Shown piece after piece: positions 1-27,989 of a stretch of 64,000 nt of DNA; the stretch's first letter is position 1; the number at the start of each line of letters is the position of its first letter. The position numbers were made by a program, and so were the translations under genes. The notes below the pieces were generated by a model. That model was not told the origin of the DNA and searched no databases. It worked only from the letters and a program-made list of their open reading frames with translations. Source of the DNA: Octopus sinensis (Eukaryota); contig NC_043010.1 of NCBI RefSeq assembly GCF_006345805.1, positions 35,588,001 through 35,652,000 of the forward strand, read 5' to 3'.

Positions 1-813
1 TTAAGAACCTACTTTCGCATGCTAGATAGAATTAATTGTCAGCTAAGATCACTGTGAAGTTAACATCGCTACCACTTGGTATACAATGGTATATAATCTT
101 TCTCTTTCAGCTGGTTATGGTGGAAGTTGAAACTGATTAGAATGGCATTGTTTTCAATGAAACTCTCGTCAGCCTTGTTGACTATCATCCAAAGCAGTAA
201 TATGGGAGTTATGAGAAAAGTCATGACATCGATTATATGCCATGAAAAATAGGTGAAAAAGATATATTGGAAGGAACGAAATGGCAGAGCTCTCGGGTCA
301 AAGACAGAAGTAGATATTTTATTTAATTCTGAGAATAATTAAAGTTTTGGGGTACCATGATTTTTTCTGCGTGCAGTTGTCCTGCTATATTTCATATTAT
401 TACAAACTAATTTATATTACTTATATGTATCATTGTGTGTGTATGTTCCTTTATAATACTGCAATTAAAACTTTTGATTTTTCCATGGTGCCAGCAATGG
501 AATATTTCAACTAATGTACCTTTACACACCTGCCATTTTTGTCTGACATGAATTGCAGTACATTTTTAGACTCTACAACCCTTGGAACTGGAAACAATTT
601 TTTTTGTGTATTAATGCAGAAAAGCAACTTTCAGCCATTCTTGAAATAATCAGTCATGAATGACGTTAAAGATACAAACACAAAATTTTATAATATATAT
701 ATATATATTTACGAGGATGAAGGAGTAAGTTGACTCTGGTTAAATTTGAGATTCATAATAATAAATGAATGTAAAATTTTCCGCCTATGATAAAAAATAA
801 AAACCAACAGCTG

Positions 814-1372
814 TAGCTGTGTGGTAAGAAGCTATCTTACCAATTACATGGTTCAAGGTTCAGTCCTACTGTGTGGTACCTTGGGCAAGTGTCTTCTACT
901 ATAGCCTTTGGCTGACCAAAACTTTGTGAGTGGATTTGGTAGGCGGAAACTGAAAGAAGCCTCTTGTGTATATCATCATCATCATCATCGTTTAACATCC
1001 ACTATCCATGCTAGCATCGGTTGGATGATTTGACTGAGGACTGGCGAACCAGATGGCTGCACCAGGCTCCAATCTGATCTGGTAGAGTTTCTACTGCTGG
1101 ATGCCCTTCCTAACATCAACCCCTTTGAGAGTGTAGTGGGTGCTTTTATGTGCCACCAGCACGATATATATATATATATGTGTGTGTGTCTGTGTTTGTC
1201 TCCATCACTGCTTGACAATCGGTGTTGGTGTGTTTACGTCCCCGTAACTTAGTGGCTCGGCAAAAGAAACCGATAGAATAAATACTAGGCTTAAGAAATA
1301 AGTCCTGGGGTCAAGTTGGTCATTCAGCATGGCTGCAGTCAAATGACTGAAACAAATAAAAGCATAAAAAAA
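814..1372 (+). mobile_element. tRNA-derived SINE, family 2 (head gtggctgtgtggtaag...), interrupted by an RTE-related fragment at ~985-1130
   Basis: Head gctgtgtggtaagaagc...ggttcaaggttcagtcc, and body shared with copies at 4672, 42060, 44700, 48700 and 56960. Confidence 0.75.
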
Positions 1373-1454
1373 TAAAAGAACAATAAAAAATAGTATTACA
1401 ATGTTGCCTTTATTCATGTCTCTCCTCTTTATTGACAGTAGTGTTGTTCTTGGC

Positions 1455-1460
1455 TTTATT
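1455..1460 (-). promoter_or_regulatory. Candidate poly(A) signal (AATAAA) of FAS-L
   Basis: First AATAAA about 50 nt after the stop. Further copies lie near 1409-1433. Confidence 0.5.
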
Positions 1461-1509
1461 TTGATGGTTGCTATAGCCATTGCAGTATCATTAGTAATTG
1501 TGGCAGCAT

Positions 1510-16238
<14,729 letters not shown>

Positions 16239-16336
16239 GACTTTTTTTTCCTGATTTTCGTTGCCCTGCTTTTCTGATTCTTTTTTCTTTGTTATTGGTT
16301 TATTTCTAGCATCTAGCAGGCGATAGTAATTGAATA

Positions 16337-16344
16337 TTTTTATA
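16337..16344 (-). promoter_or_regulatory. Candidate TATA box (TATAAAAA) of FAS-L
   Basis: About 100 nt upstream of the ATG, at the edge of an AT/AC microsatellite block. Confidence 0.45.
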
Positions 16345-16483
16345 AGTGTGTCGAAAAGTGTGTATATATATATATTTATTTATTTATTTATATATAAATA
16401 TGTGTGTGAGTGTATGTGCGTGTGTGTCTGTGTGTATACACATATACATGTATACATATATGCACACACACATGCGGACACAC

Positions 16484-16521
<38 letters not shown>

Positions 16522-16899
16522 ACACGCACATATAAGTACATATATGCGTATCTATGTATATGTATGTACGTATACATGTATGCGTATATACATATGTATG
16601 CATATATATATATATATGAATTTATATGTGTATATGTATATGGGTATATATGTATATGTATATATTGAAACAATTGTAATATTGTTTTTGGTAGTGTCGT
16701 TGTTTTCCTGCTGTAGTTAGTCTTATTACGAGATATTAACAGATACAAAAACACACACACACACACATACATACACACACACACATACATACATACATAC
16801 ATACATACATATGTGTGTATGTGTATATGTATGCATATGCATATATATGTATATATGTACACACATATATATGCACACACGCACTCAATCACTTTTGCA

Positions 16900-16932
<33 letters not shown>

Positions 16933-18089
16933 ACACACACACACAGACTTACGGGTATAGGTGTACTCACGCCAGTACACACTATATTTTTACAGACCTA
17001 TTTATTCCCGAACTATCTATGTCAACCTGATAAGCGATGTGAGATTTCCAGGTGGTTAGCAAACTTTTCACTTCAATTTGTAATTGCGTTTCATAACAGT
17101 TTCTTCTCTCAAGCATCGCAGCCCGTTGTAAATCCCCAAAACTACGTGAACAAGCCTATATTCAAAACAACTTGAAGAATTCTGTCAAAAAAGATGGAAT
17201 TCTTCATAATATCCCTCACCATGATCTCGCCCCCGATGTGATTACGTACCTTATTAGATTGGATTGGGTTGCCTATGTTCTCTTCACTGCAGAACGGAGG
17301 CCTCAGCATGTTCTTTCCACCAAACACGGTCTGATATGGAGGCCGTGAATTTGAGCTTGAAGTCATACTGGTTTGATGAATCTATTCTGCCACACTACCT
17401 CGACATGACTTGGCATAAAAATTCTATATAATTCTGAATGTTATTAAGTTTCCATAATAGGTTATGAAGTAAGTTGCTCCGTTAAACACACAGGTTGGTT
17501 CGGGTTAAATACCTTTTATATTAATATCTATTTATTTATTCGTGTTGGTGAAGATAACAGGTAGAAGAATCAATCATATGACGAGACGAATCGTGTTTGC
17601 AACACGTTTTCAGTTAATCTTTGAGGCCACTTCATGAATCACATCCCCATGGCTCCTTTTAATGCAACGTTGATAGATCCCTCTGTAGCGAGGCTCTCAC
17701 TGAGTATTGAACCATCGCGTTCAGTTTCCTCAGTTCAGAACTACAGCCTACCATACTGCCATAAAAGGTATGGCGAGTTATGAAAAATTAATTTTGTCAT
17801 CATAGAATGCATTAGCGCCTACGTGAAGATGGCTAATCAGAGCGGTTAGTGTGGAATCTGGCAAAACACTCTGGTGAACCTTCGAGAAAAACTCCTTTGG
17901 ATAATAACAAAAAGTTGGCGAACTGTATCCTAGTTAGAGCTATCCAGTAGCTCACATGGAGCCTTGTGATCCTCCTCTTCGAAGTTTCTTTACAGAACAA
18001 CCTCTGGCGTTAGACGGGACTATGTCACTCAGTTTCATGACCAGCATTCTTTTTCTACTTGTTCTGCTTATCATTGTGACTTTGAACAG

Positions 18090-18233
18090 TTTGATTCGGC
18101 CCCATGCAACTTAAAGTTTCGTAGGGTCGTCACAGAACCCAAGCTCGTCGGGCTCAGACGGTCCTCTGAACCCGACGAGTTAGGTACCTGTGACGACTCT
18201 ACGAAAATTTAAGTTGCATGGAGCCGAATCGAA
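18090..18233. repeat. 144-bp near-perfect palindrome (MITE or foldback)
   Basis: Arms of ~69 bp (18090-18158 and 18165-18233) around a 6-nt loop. Confidence 0.9.
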
Positions 18234-19769
18234 TTATTATTTTAAGTAATAATATATATAATTCCTACTAAATATGTTGAGTGCCTCTTTGTTTCGTTTG
18301 TTCATTCATTCGCACACACACGCACACACACACACACTGTTGAAAGCCGTCTAAACTGTTGTGTTGTCTCGAGAAAGCTTCTCTTGTAGGCATGTAGTGT
18401 TAAATACAGAGAAATATATCAGCAGCAGTCGAAAATAGCCCAGCACCGGAGGTGGTATTACTAGATCCGTATTTCTGCTTTTTAAAAGCTTCATCAATCG
18501 TAAATATCTACTGGTAACCGCATGTCAAGCGAACATCAGCTGCTAGCTGATATAGTTAAGCAGTAAATAAAAGGTCTTTGATGACGTATTCATTTGGCAG
18601 GTCGAAAAATACTATTATTATCGACGGAAGCAGTATATACTCAATATTTGCGATCTGTATATCAACTTAGTGCCTATATGATGTTGAAAGCCTTCTAAAC
18701 AATGGTTTTCGTCTCTAGAAAATATCTCTTATAACAAGTATAGTGCTAAAATACGCAGAAAATATCAGTAGCAGGCGAAGACTGCTCTTGTTATATCAGC
18801 ATGTCTCCAACTCGTTTCTTTCACAGCAGTGAAATTCAGTAAAAACTTGCTGATCTTGGTTCACGTATCCTGGCATAGATTTATGAAACGATGGCAAGTC
18901 AGTGCACAACTTTTAAGTTTATGATTTTAACTGCGTTCTTGTATTACTGCTATTAACTCTGGAATTTTTTTAATGCTCACTTTTAAGAAAACGTTGCAGT
19001 CATGCATGGATAACTCTCCGAAGACTAGAAAGGGAGTCGCTGAGCAAAATCAAAGAATGGTTGGGGAAGGAGGCGATGAAGAACAGGTTAACTAATAAGC
19101 TGAAATGATGGAGGGAGGCGGCCGTGTCTTTTGCTGTACATCTACGGCCTCTTAAATATATAAATTATGATTAATAGAGCAAACATAAAAAAAAACTATA
19201 TTTAATTTTTAATTGTGATATGTCTCAAATTTTGCAATGCAGGATAACATTGCTTAAACCGATCCTCAGTACTTGATTGGTTCTTAGTCATTGAATTCTA
19301 TTTCACAAACAGATCCTTAGTTTTTGACATAAGGGAACGGAACTACATATACACCCGTGCACACACACACGAATTCTGTGCTGTTTCCACCTACCAAATT
19401 CCACCCAAGGTACTGACCCACTCAAATTAACTGTAGAAGACACTTGACCAATGCACCGCGTCGTGCGATCGAACCGGAAACCGCGGGATTACAAAGTAAA
19501 ATTCTTAACCCACGGTCAGAAATATTAAAAAAAAATTCTTTGGTATAAGGTTACAAGTTTATGGCAGAGATGTCGTTAGTTCAAATGATTTATAGGATTT
19601 CATCAACCTCCGAGTGAAAGGTAAAGTTGATCTTGACTGGACTTGATCTCAGAACGCAAAGTGAAGAACCTAAATACCTCGAATAATTTTCTCTGTCGAT
19701 TTCCACGATTCTTAACTAAGAGGCTTCTATATGGTTGATTGATCTACCGGAAATAGTTGCCAAATCTTT

Positions 19770-19925
19770 CTAACTAACTAACTAACTAACTAACTGACTA
19801 ACTAACTAACTAAACTGACCGACCGACCGACCGACCGACCAACCAACCAACCAACCAACTAACTAACTAACTAATTAATTAATTAATTAATTAATTAATT
19901 AATTAATTAATTAATTAATTAATTA
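19770..19925. repeat. Compound tetranucleotide array (TAAC)-(GACC)-(AACC)-(TAAC)-(TAAT)
   Basis: Read directly from the sequence. Confidence 0.95.
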
Positions 19926-19969
19926 AAGCGAAAACTCCCTACTACAACAATGATTTTAAATGGGCACAA

Positions 19970-22065
19970 GGCAGGAAGAGGACAAACAGTGCACATGTTC
20001 TGTAGATTCCCAAAACTAACGAGAGCGATGTGCTTGACGTTCAGCTCGAACATCTGTTATTGTTTGCTTTTATCTCTTACTTGTTGCTGTGTTTTCATGC
20101 TGTCGTTGATGATGTTGCTGTTTTTGTAGTTGTTGTTCTTGTTCTTGTTGTTGGAGTGGTTGTGAACTGAGCTGCTGTTGTGGTTTTTTGGTATCTTTTT
20201 GCTGTGTTCTTGGAGTAGGACTGTGTACCTTCCTCCTCTTTCTCCAATCCCCTTTTGTCGCAGTGATCCATTGTTCAGTCAGCTCTTCTTTCTCCATGTC
20301 ATTGCTGTTGTTTCTGCAAAAAACAAGAAAATATTTCCAAACTACAGGCGAAATATGTCCATCAATTTCACTGTTGTGAACAAATGCAACAGTGAATTGA
20401 TGGATTTGGTGAAGGGTATAGTCAATTATAGCACTCGAAGTACTTGAGTGGTGTGTCATTTTATCGACTCTCGGAAGAGAGAAAGTCACAGTTGATCACG
20501 ACGGGATTTGAACTTAGAACGTAGAGAGCTCGTACAAATACCGCAAAGTATTTATTCCCGGCGCTCTAACGATTCTGCCAACCCACCAGTTTCCACGCTA
20601 CGGTAAAGACTTCAAATATATGAGAAGGTGACATGGTGATATGGAGGACTCACTGACTGACGATAAAACAAGTACTATTGTGTATTGTTGTTGTTTAGCC
20701 TCCATGTTGATCAATGAATGAGCATACCCATGATTTAAGCCAATGCAACCGTGACCACTCAGTCCTTTTGTATATTTAGGGCAACTATGTCTCAGAGAGC
20801 AGAATGTGATTTGAGGGAATTTGGCAGCTACTTTTAGCAGCAGATGGAGGGTGCGTGTAGGCGCTCCGTCTTTGGCTTATATACGATTAGTGATAACCTT
20901 CTGTGCTGTCCCACGTTGAATTATTGCTTACTTGTGTTATTTTGAAACTGCACTTAAAAGATATTCAGATTTAGATAACATTGTCGTCACCTTACAGACA
21001 AAACAGATGGTGTTTTTGTTGCTTTATCGTATTTCGGTGTAGGTGCTATTTTAAAAAAAAAAGCGGTGGCCAGAGGAGGAAGAGATCAAGCAGTGCACAT
21101 GTCCCGTAGATTCCCCAAACTAATGAGAATAATGAGGTTGGCGTTCAGCTCCAACTTCTGTTAGTATTTGCTTTTATTATCTTTTATTTGTTTCAGTCCT
21201 TGGACTGCGGCCATGCTGGGGCACCACCTTGAAGGGTTTTTATTGAGCGAATCGACCGAGTACCTTTTAATTTACAAAAAAAAAATAAAAATCGGTATTT
21301 ATTCTGTCGGTATTTTTTTTTGCCGAAGCACTAAATTGCAGGGACGTATACAAACCAACATCGGTTGTCAAATGGTAGTGAGGGACAAACGCAAACACAA
21401 AACTGGTCGAAATGAGCTGACAATGTAAACAAAACTATATCGACGAGCTACCTGACATAACAGATCTCCTGGATGGTACTCAACTGTCAGTGTTAGTGGA
21501 AAGTAGAAAACCAAATTGGCTCACTTAAGGGCTTTCTGCCCGCAAACAAGGAAAACAAAACTCCCACCACTGCAAACGCTACAAACACCACAAACACAAA
21601 ATCATGAGGACTTGCTTTAAGCCTGTTACACCTACACCCAAATCAAGAAAACGAAGGAGTTTACTCCCAGCTTCAACGGAAAACCAAGCTCCTTCTGAAC
21701 GCCCAACCCCGCAAACCAACAACAACAGCAATGACACGGAGAAAGAAGAGCAGACCGAACAACGATCACTGCGTCAAAAGGGGGTTGGAGAAGAGGAGGA
21801 GAGTACATAGTCCTACTCAAAGAAGATAGCAAAAAGATACACAAAAACCACAACTGCAGCTCAATTCACATTCACTCCAACAACAAGAACAACAACTACA
21901 AAAACAGCAACATCATCAACGACAGCATGAAAACTCAGAAACACAGAAACAACAAATAATGGAACTGCAAAAACAAGAAAATACTTCCAACTACAGGCGA
22001 AATGTATCCATCAATTTCACTGTTGTGAACAAATAAATGCAGCAGTGAATTGATGGATTTTGTAA
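19970..22065. repeat. Two diverged copies of an unclassified CAA-rich element, one internally inverted and deleted
   Basis: 19970-20060 matches 21070-21170 (direct), 20075-20310 matches 21720-21950 (inverted), and 20314-20410 matches 21966-22065 (direct). Confidence 0.75.
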
Positions 22066-22074
22066 ATCAAAGTA

Positions 22075-25000
22075 AAAGCAAAACTGAGATAGAGAGAAAA
22101 GAATTTGAGGATTTCATCCTCAAAACCCCGAAGGACAGGTTATCAGTTAAAACATCCTAGTCATTTATAAAACAATCCACGAAAAATTCCCATGTGGTGT
22201 GGGAATTTAAAATACTCAATTGACAAAAAGCTTTTGGAAGGGCCTTTTAAAAATCTTTCGGCAGTAGAGAGGCCCGGAACTTCTGGGTTTCTCGAAAATC
22301 AAGTTGAATGACCTCTTTTGCTTTCTCCGACTAGTATGACTGTGCTGAGAGTGGGGTGTGTGAATGTGCGTGGCCTGGGATCAGCTTGGAAGCAAGATCA
22401 CCTGTCCAACGATCTCAGGTCACTTCTGACGGGTACCGACGCGATTTCCCTGATGTGCCAGTGTGGACATAGAGCAACTACAACGAGTCATCCCGATTGT
22501 ATTTAGACAATATTTGTTAGGTCAGAGGATAGGTTGTCCACGATTTAAATTGGTCGGCTACACAAATCACAAATTTGTGATATGCACAATCGATTTAGGT
22601 AGGAACCGTAGACAAGGACCCGGTTACCGACACGCAAATACTACAGGGACCAAATTAGCGTGTTAGTTAAGCTGCAATTAACAGGGGTAGTCGTCAACAA
22701 CTGGTGGTGAATCGCTCTGAAGAGGGCGATTAGAGTAGAATCGATAGCGTTTAGCAAATATTTAGCAATAGAAAGAAATATATTAGAGAGAGAACTAGTT
22801 AGCAAACTAGAAGAGGCTATTAGTAAAAGCATTGTGACCGACTTGTTAGCGGTGAGAATGGTTCTTGATCATTTCTTTAAGGCGCAACACGAAGGAACTA
22901 AAGCCGTCCGATGGGTCCAAACGGTACAGGCACGATATGGTAGCAAAACGACGATCAGGTCTTTGACGGATCAGGACGGGTGCGTGCTACTCGGTCCCGA
23001 GCAGATGTGTGCGACATTCCAGCAGCACTTTGAGCGGATTTTGGGGAAGGAAGATGGCTGAACGACGGTAGCAGACTTTAGTTAGTACCTGGACGAACGC
23101 GAGATGCCGTGAGAAGTCGATGACGGTCACTGAAATACAGGAGGCGATGAGCGATTGCAAATCGCAAAACACCTTGTTTGGATGGTCTACCTCATGAATT
23201 CTATGTATTCATATCAGATTTGATTGGCAGCTTCTTATTTCTTTATTGCCCACAAGGGGCTAAACATAGAGGGGACAAAAAGGACTGACAAAGGAATTAA
23301 CTGGTCCTTAATTTATCGACCCCGAAAGGATGAAAGGCAAAGTCGACCTCGGCGGAATTTGAAGTCCGAACGTAGCGGCAGACGAAATACCTATTTCTTT
23401 ACTGCCCACAAGGGGCTACACACAGAGGGGACAAACAAGGACAGACAAACGGATTAAATCGATTATATCGACCCCAGTGCGTAACTGGTGCTTATTTAAT
23501 CGACCCCGAAAGGATGAAAGGCAACGTTGACCTCGGCGGAATTTGAACTCAGAACGTAACGGCAGACGAAATACCTATTTCTTTATTACCCACAAGGGGC
23601 TAAACATAGAGAGGACAAACAAGAACAGACATAGGTATTAAGTCGATTACATCGACCCCAGTGCGTAACTGGTACTTAATTTATCGACCCCGAAAGGATG
23701 AAAGGCAAAGTCGACCTCGGCGGAATTTGAACTCACAACCTAACGACAGACGAAATACCGCTAAGCATTTCGCCAGGTGTGCTACCTTTTCTGCCAGCTC
23801 GCCACCAGCTGATTGGCAGCTTCTTGGCAGACGTCAACCACAACTGGCAGTAGAACGGAAGAATTCTTAGTGCTGTTAGCCGGAGTGCTGAAAAAAGGAC
23901 TGACAATGGGGACATACTACAGAATTTTCGGCCCATAAACCTGTTAAACACAGAATTTAAGGTTTTGGCCGAGGTGTTAGCAAAAAGGTTGGCGTTTGTT
24001 GTCGGTAGTCTGGTCGGAGAGGCGCAAACGTGCGCAATCCTGAATAGGTCTATCCACGACAACCTCCACATCGTAGATAGTGCTGGAACTAAAGCTGGCT
24101 ACGGTGGGGTCCTGATCAAATTAAGTCAGTTGAAAGCATTCGATAGGGTCGACGATTGCTACTTGGACGTCCTTAAAGCGGCCGGTTACGGACTTGTTTT
24201 CAGTGGCTGGAGTGCTGCAATGTACAGTGGTACTTGCTCGGTGGTAAAAGTAAACGGCCACCTATTGGATCGCACGTTCGGTCCGTTAGAGCTGCTTGCT
24301 GTCACCTCTCCTGTACGTGCTGGCCCTCAAGCCGCTGCTGCGGAAGTTAGAACAGTTAAGGGGCATCCCTTTCGAAATTGGACTAGAGATGGCAGTGTTG
24401 GCGTACACGGACAATGTCACCATCATGGTGTCGGATACCTCAGAAGTGGAGACGGTCGGCTTCATTGTAAAGGAATATGAGTCGGTTGCAGGGGCCAAAA
24501 TAAAAGTCGACAAGTCGGTGGGGTTGCGACTGGGCACCTGGAGAGGCAGATCAATGCCGTCGGATGGTGTCGTCGAACGCTGGACTGATAGACCGTTTAA
24601 ACTGCTCGGGGTCTGGCTCGGTCCCGACCTCCAGGTGGATAAGAATTGGGACGAGGTGACGAACAGGGTGACAAGACTTATCCATAAATGGATAAAGAAG
24701 AAGCTGTTCTTGAAAGGTCGGGCAGAGGTGGTGAATGCCTTCATCGCTGTCGTCACCATTTACCACCTGAGCGTTATCCCATGTCCCAGTTACTATTTGA
24801 TTAGGTTGGAGTGTTTCTTGTTTATTTTCTAATGATCAGGCGGTCAATCTTCTGCCAGCTCCCTCTGCATGGCGGTTTAGGCATGCCATGGCTTTTGATG
24901 CGCAGATACGCACTCTGCAACGATTTCTAGACGTTGAACATGTGTGGGATCCCATTGCGAGACACGTCATTCTGCAGCTTGTCTCTTTGACGGAGCTGCA

Positions 25001-25830
25001 GTCCTGGATGAAGGATAGACTGAGGCTGGGTGCTTGGCACCTAGAATGTCGTCAGGCACTCACAGTGCTCTACCAGACGGGACATAGGATCATTAGATGT
25101 TCCACTTTAGCTATATTTTGAAGATTAGTGGCAGAGAAGTGCGACGACGTTCTCAGAGAGATCCTGGATGTCGACGAAAACAAACTGGCTACTCTGTTCC
25201 GGAAGGCTTTCCAACCGGGGACAACTATGGATAATCTCCACCTGTCTTTGACCTGGTCGTTCTACCAGGGGGTAATACTGGTTCGAGATAAACTCTACAG
25301 GCACGGATTTGCTGTCAGATGGGTTCGTCCGAGATGTGTGCAGAGCGACGGAACCGTTCTGCAAGCACTCGTTCAGTGTTCTGGCACTGTTGACTTGCGG
25401 AGTTATGTCGAACAGCTGCTATCATGTGTAGGACGGATCCGTCTGTCGTCCGAGTCCACAGTAAGGATTGCCTCTCCGCCCTCTGGTGGATAAAACTGAA
25501 AGGGATGAGGACAGAGGCATTCCTCTTTGATAAAGCACTCATTAACTTTTCAAGTTTCACTTGAAAAGGAAAGTGAGGGTGGAGAGGGAGGTGCTGTCCT
25601 TGAGTGGACGAAAGTTGCGAAAATGGCAAGAGTGGATTGTACCACTCTAAGTGTAGACCTGTGAGTCGGAGGAAAAGAGTTGATATTCCTTGTCCTTGGT
25701 ATTCAGGGAGACTTCGATGGTGAGATTCAGGGAAATCTTGGATGGTGGGGTCCCTCGATCATCCCTAGAAGTACTGCTGTATCAGGAGAACCAATCACTA
25801 TCACCTTTTCTTTAACTCTTTTATTCTCTT
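22075..25830 (+). mobile_element. Degenerate Tx1/L1-clade LINE (ORF1 tail, APE endonuclease, RT, C-terminal Cys region, 3' UTR), with a SINE array inserted
   Basis: APE start LRVGCVNVRGL; RT FRPINLLNTEFKVLAEVLAKRL, GVLIKLSQLKAFDRV, LSPLLYVLAL and AYTDNV (degenerate YADD); C-terminal RPRCVQS...ALVQC. There are many stops and frameshifts. Confidence 0.9.
23237..23809 (-). mobile_element. Trimeric SINE family 1 insertion with a 16-bp target-site duplication
   Basis: TGATTGGCAGCTTCTT at 23221-23236 and 23810-23825. Units of 155, 184 and 184 bp plus a single head. Confidence 0.9.
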
Positions 25831-25880
25831 ACTGTCATATACTGTGTATACTTCTCTTCTTTTAGTGTATATCGCGTATG

Positions 25881-25922
<42 letters not shown>

Positions 25923-26073
25923 TATATATAAAACCAATAATATACTGGTCGACGATATAATATATATCATAATATAATTACTCTATTTCTCATATCGAGT
26001 ATGGATTTTTTCCTGATTTATGGACAACTAACTTATTTTACATACGCACGCACACACACACACACACAACACA

Positions 26074-26104
<31 letters not shown>

Positions 26105-26105
26105 C

Positions 26106-26136
<31 letters not shown>

Positions 26137-26439
26137 ACACAATCCCCCCACATACAGATATAGGGGTATTAGCGACAGAAGCTGTATTCATATTGAAAAG
26201 CAATCTTTATATATAGGCTCAACTTACTTTAAGAATGCCATAAATTGCGGTATTCGCCCCATGAAAGCATCTCATGCAGATGTACAGTGCTAAAAAGCAC
26301 AGAATATCGCTAGCAGACAGAAGAATGTCCACACCAGTGGTGGAACTACTAGATCGCGTTATTTCAACGTGTTTGCATTTCATCAGCTCAGGTATCCACT
26401 GTCATCGTCTGCTATACGACACACACACACGCACACGCA

Positions 26440-26486
<47 letters not shown>

Positions 26487-26834
26487 CACATCACATCACA
26501 TCACACACACACGCACACACACACACACATCTGAAATGTACAGTATTATATATCCATCACGGCTGATCTTACCAATCGGTTTCTCGCTAGGAATACAACG
26601 GAGTGTTAGGTAACAATCTGGCTATATAACCTTACGCTCATCAGAGTTAGCAGATATGGAAAGTAATATGGCGACTGCTCTCTATTGTCGGAGATGAATG
26701 GACACATCCGATTTGCGGTTGCTGTGTGTATGTATGTATGTATGTATGTGTGTGTTTGCATATATATATATATATGCACACACACATACATACACATGTA
26801 TTATACATAGTATAATATATGTGTGTGTGCGTGC

Positions 26835-26868
<34 letters not shown>

Positions 26869-26934
26869 ACACACACATAGATGCTTACACACACATATAA
26901 TACATTCATAGAGACACACATACACACGTATCGA

Positions 26935-27767
26935 TAGTATTTGCCTGTGTATAGAGTGCACTCGCGCATAAGATGCACTCCTATTTTACGAGCATATTTT
27001 GTAATTTTGTGGGGAAAACGAATTTAGCATGCACTAATTCAAAGATATTTCTAAGTATTTTTGTGAGGGAAAATGTTTGATTCTGTTCATGTATATGTAG
27101 TGCTGTAACAGTATATTCGAACAATAAAGTACGAAACCATAAATTTATACAGAAACTAAATATATGAGTACCGTGTTTCAATGTTATCTTCTTTCAGAGC
27201 GACTGTAGTTGCTTATATTTTGGTAAAGAGTTGTATGGCCATAAAGGATGTAAGACTCGTATTTATGTCTGTGATGTCCTGTGTTGCCGCTAATTGCCAC
27301 CCTCTTGGTCCATCACCGCTGAAGCTTAAATACTCCTTTCCTCTTTCTAGGATAATCTTCACTTAGATATTTTTTTCAAATGTTTCTTAAAGGTAACACA
27401 GTCTTTAAATAATGTTAAACACATATTAGGTGGGGTTATGTATGTTGGAAAAGAAGGTTTAATGAGATGATGCGATCTCCCCACATAACTGCCGACACAC
27501 TGTAAGCGATTTTCCTTAAGTTAACAGATTGTGGTAAATCCATTTATCTGTCCTTGTTTGTCCTATCTGTGTTTAGCCCCTTGTGGGTAGTAAAGAAATA
27601 GGTATTCTGGTTTATTTTCAGTATTTATTTTGTTAGTAACAGTGGACTGATACTTATTCGGCTCCCTAACATGCGACGCACGGTCTCCCATCAGTAAATA
27701 CGGCTGCAGATAAATTTTTTGATACATATAAAAGTAAAAAGCGCGTCTTATATGTCTGCAAATACGG
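26935..27767. mobile_element. Degenerate Tc2/pogo-like non-autonomous element
   Basis: The left end gtatttgcctgtgtatagagtgcac and right end gcgcgtcttatatgtctgcaaatacgg resemble mutually inverted CCGTATTT-type TIRs. Confidence 0.45.
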
Positions 27768-27989
27768 CGCGCGCCCGCGCACACACACAGACACACACAC
27801 GCGCACACACACACACGTGTGTATGTATATGTATAAATATTTAATCCATAATCGTTAGTCCGACAAAATATGTGTTGTCGGAATAACGATTATGGCTTAA
27901 ATGTTTATTCATTCTTCTTGAGCTCTATATTCTAAGTCACCGGACGGAGGTTCTCGGAATTAGACATCTCTTGGAATACATACGTATAT

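Noticed and set aside
23237-23809. CRISPR-like or regularly spaced repeat array
   Set aside because: The units are ~184-bp SINE modules without unique spacers, the context is eukaryotic, and there are no cas genes.
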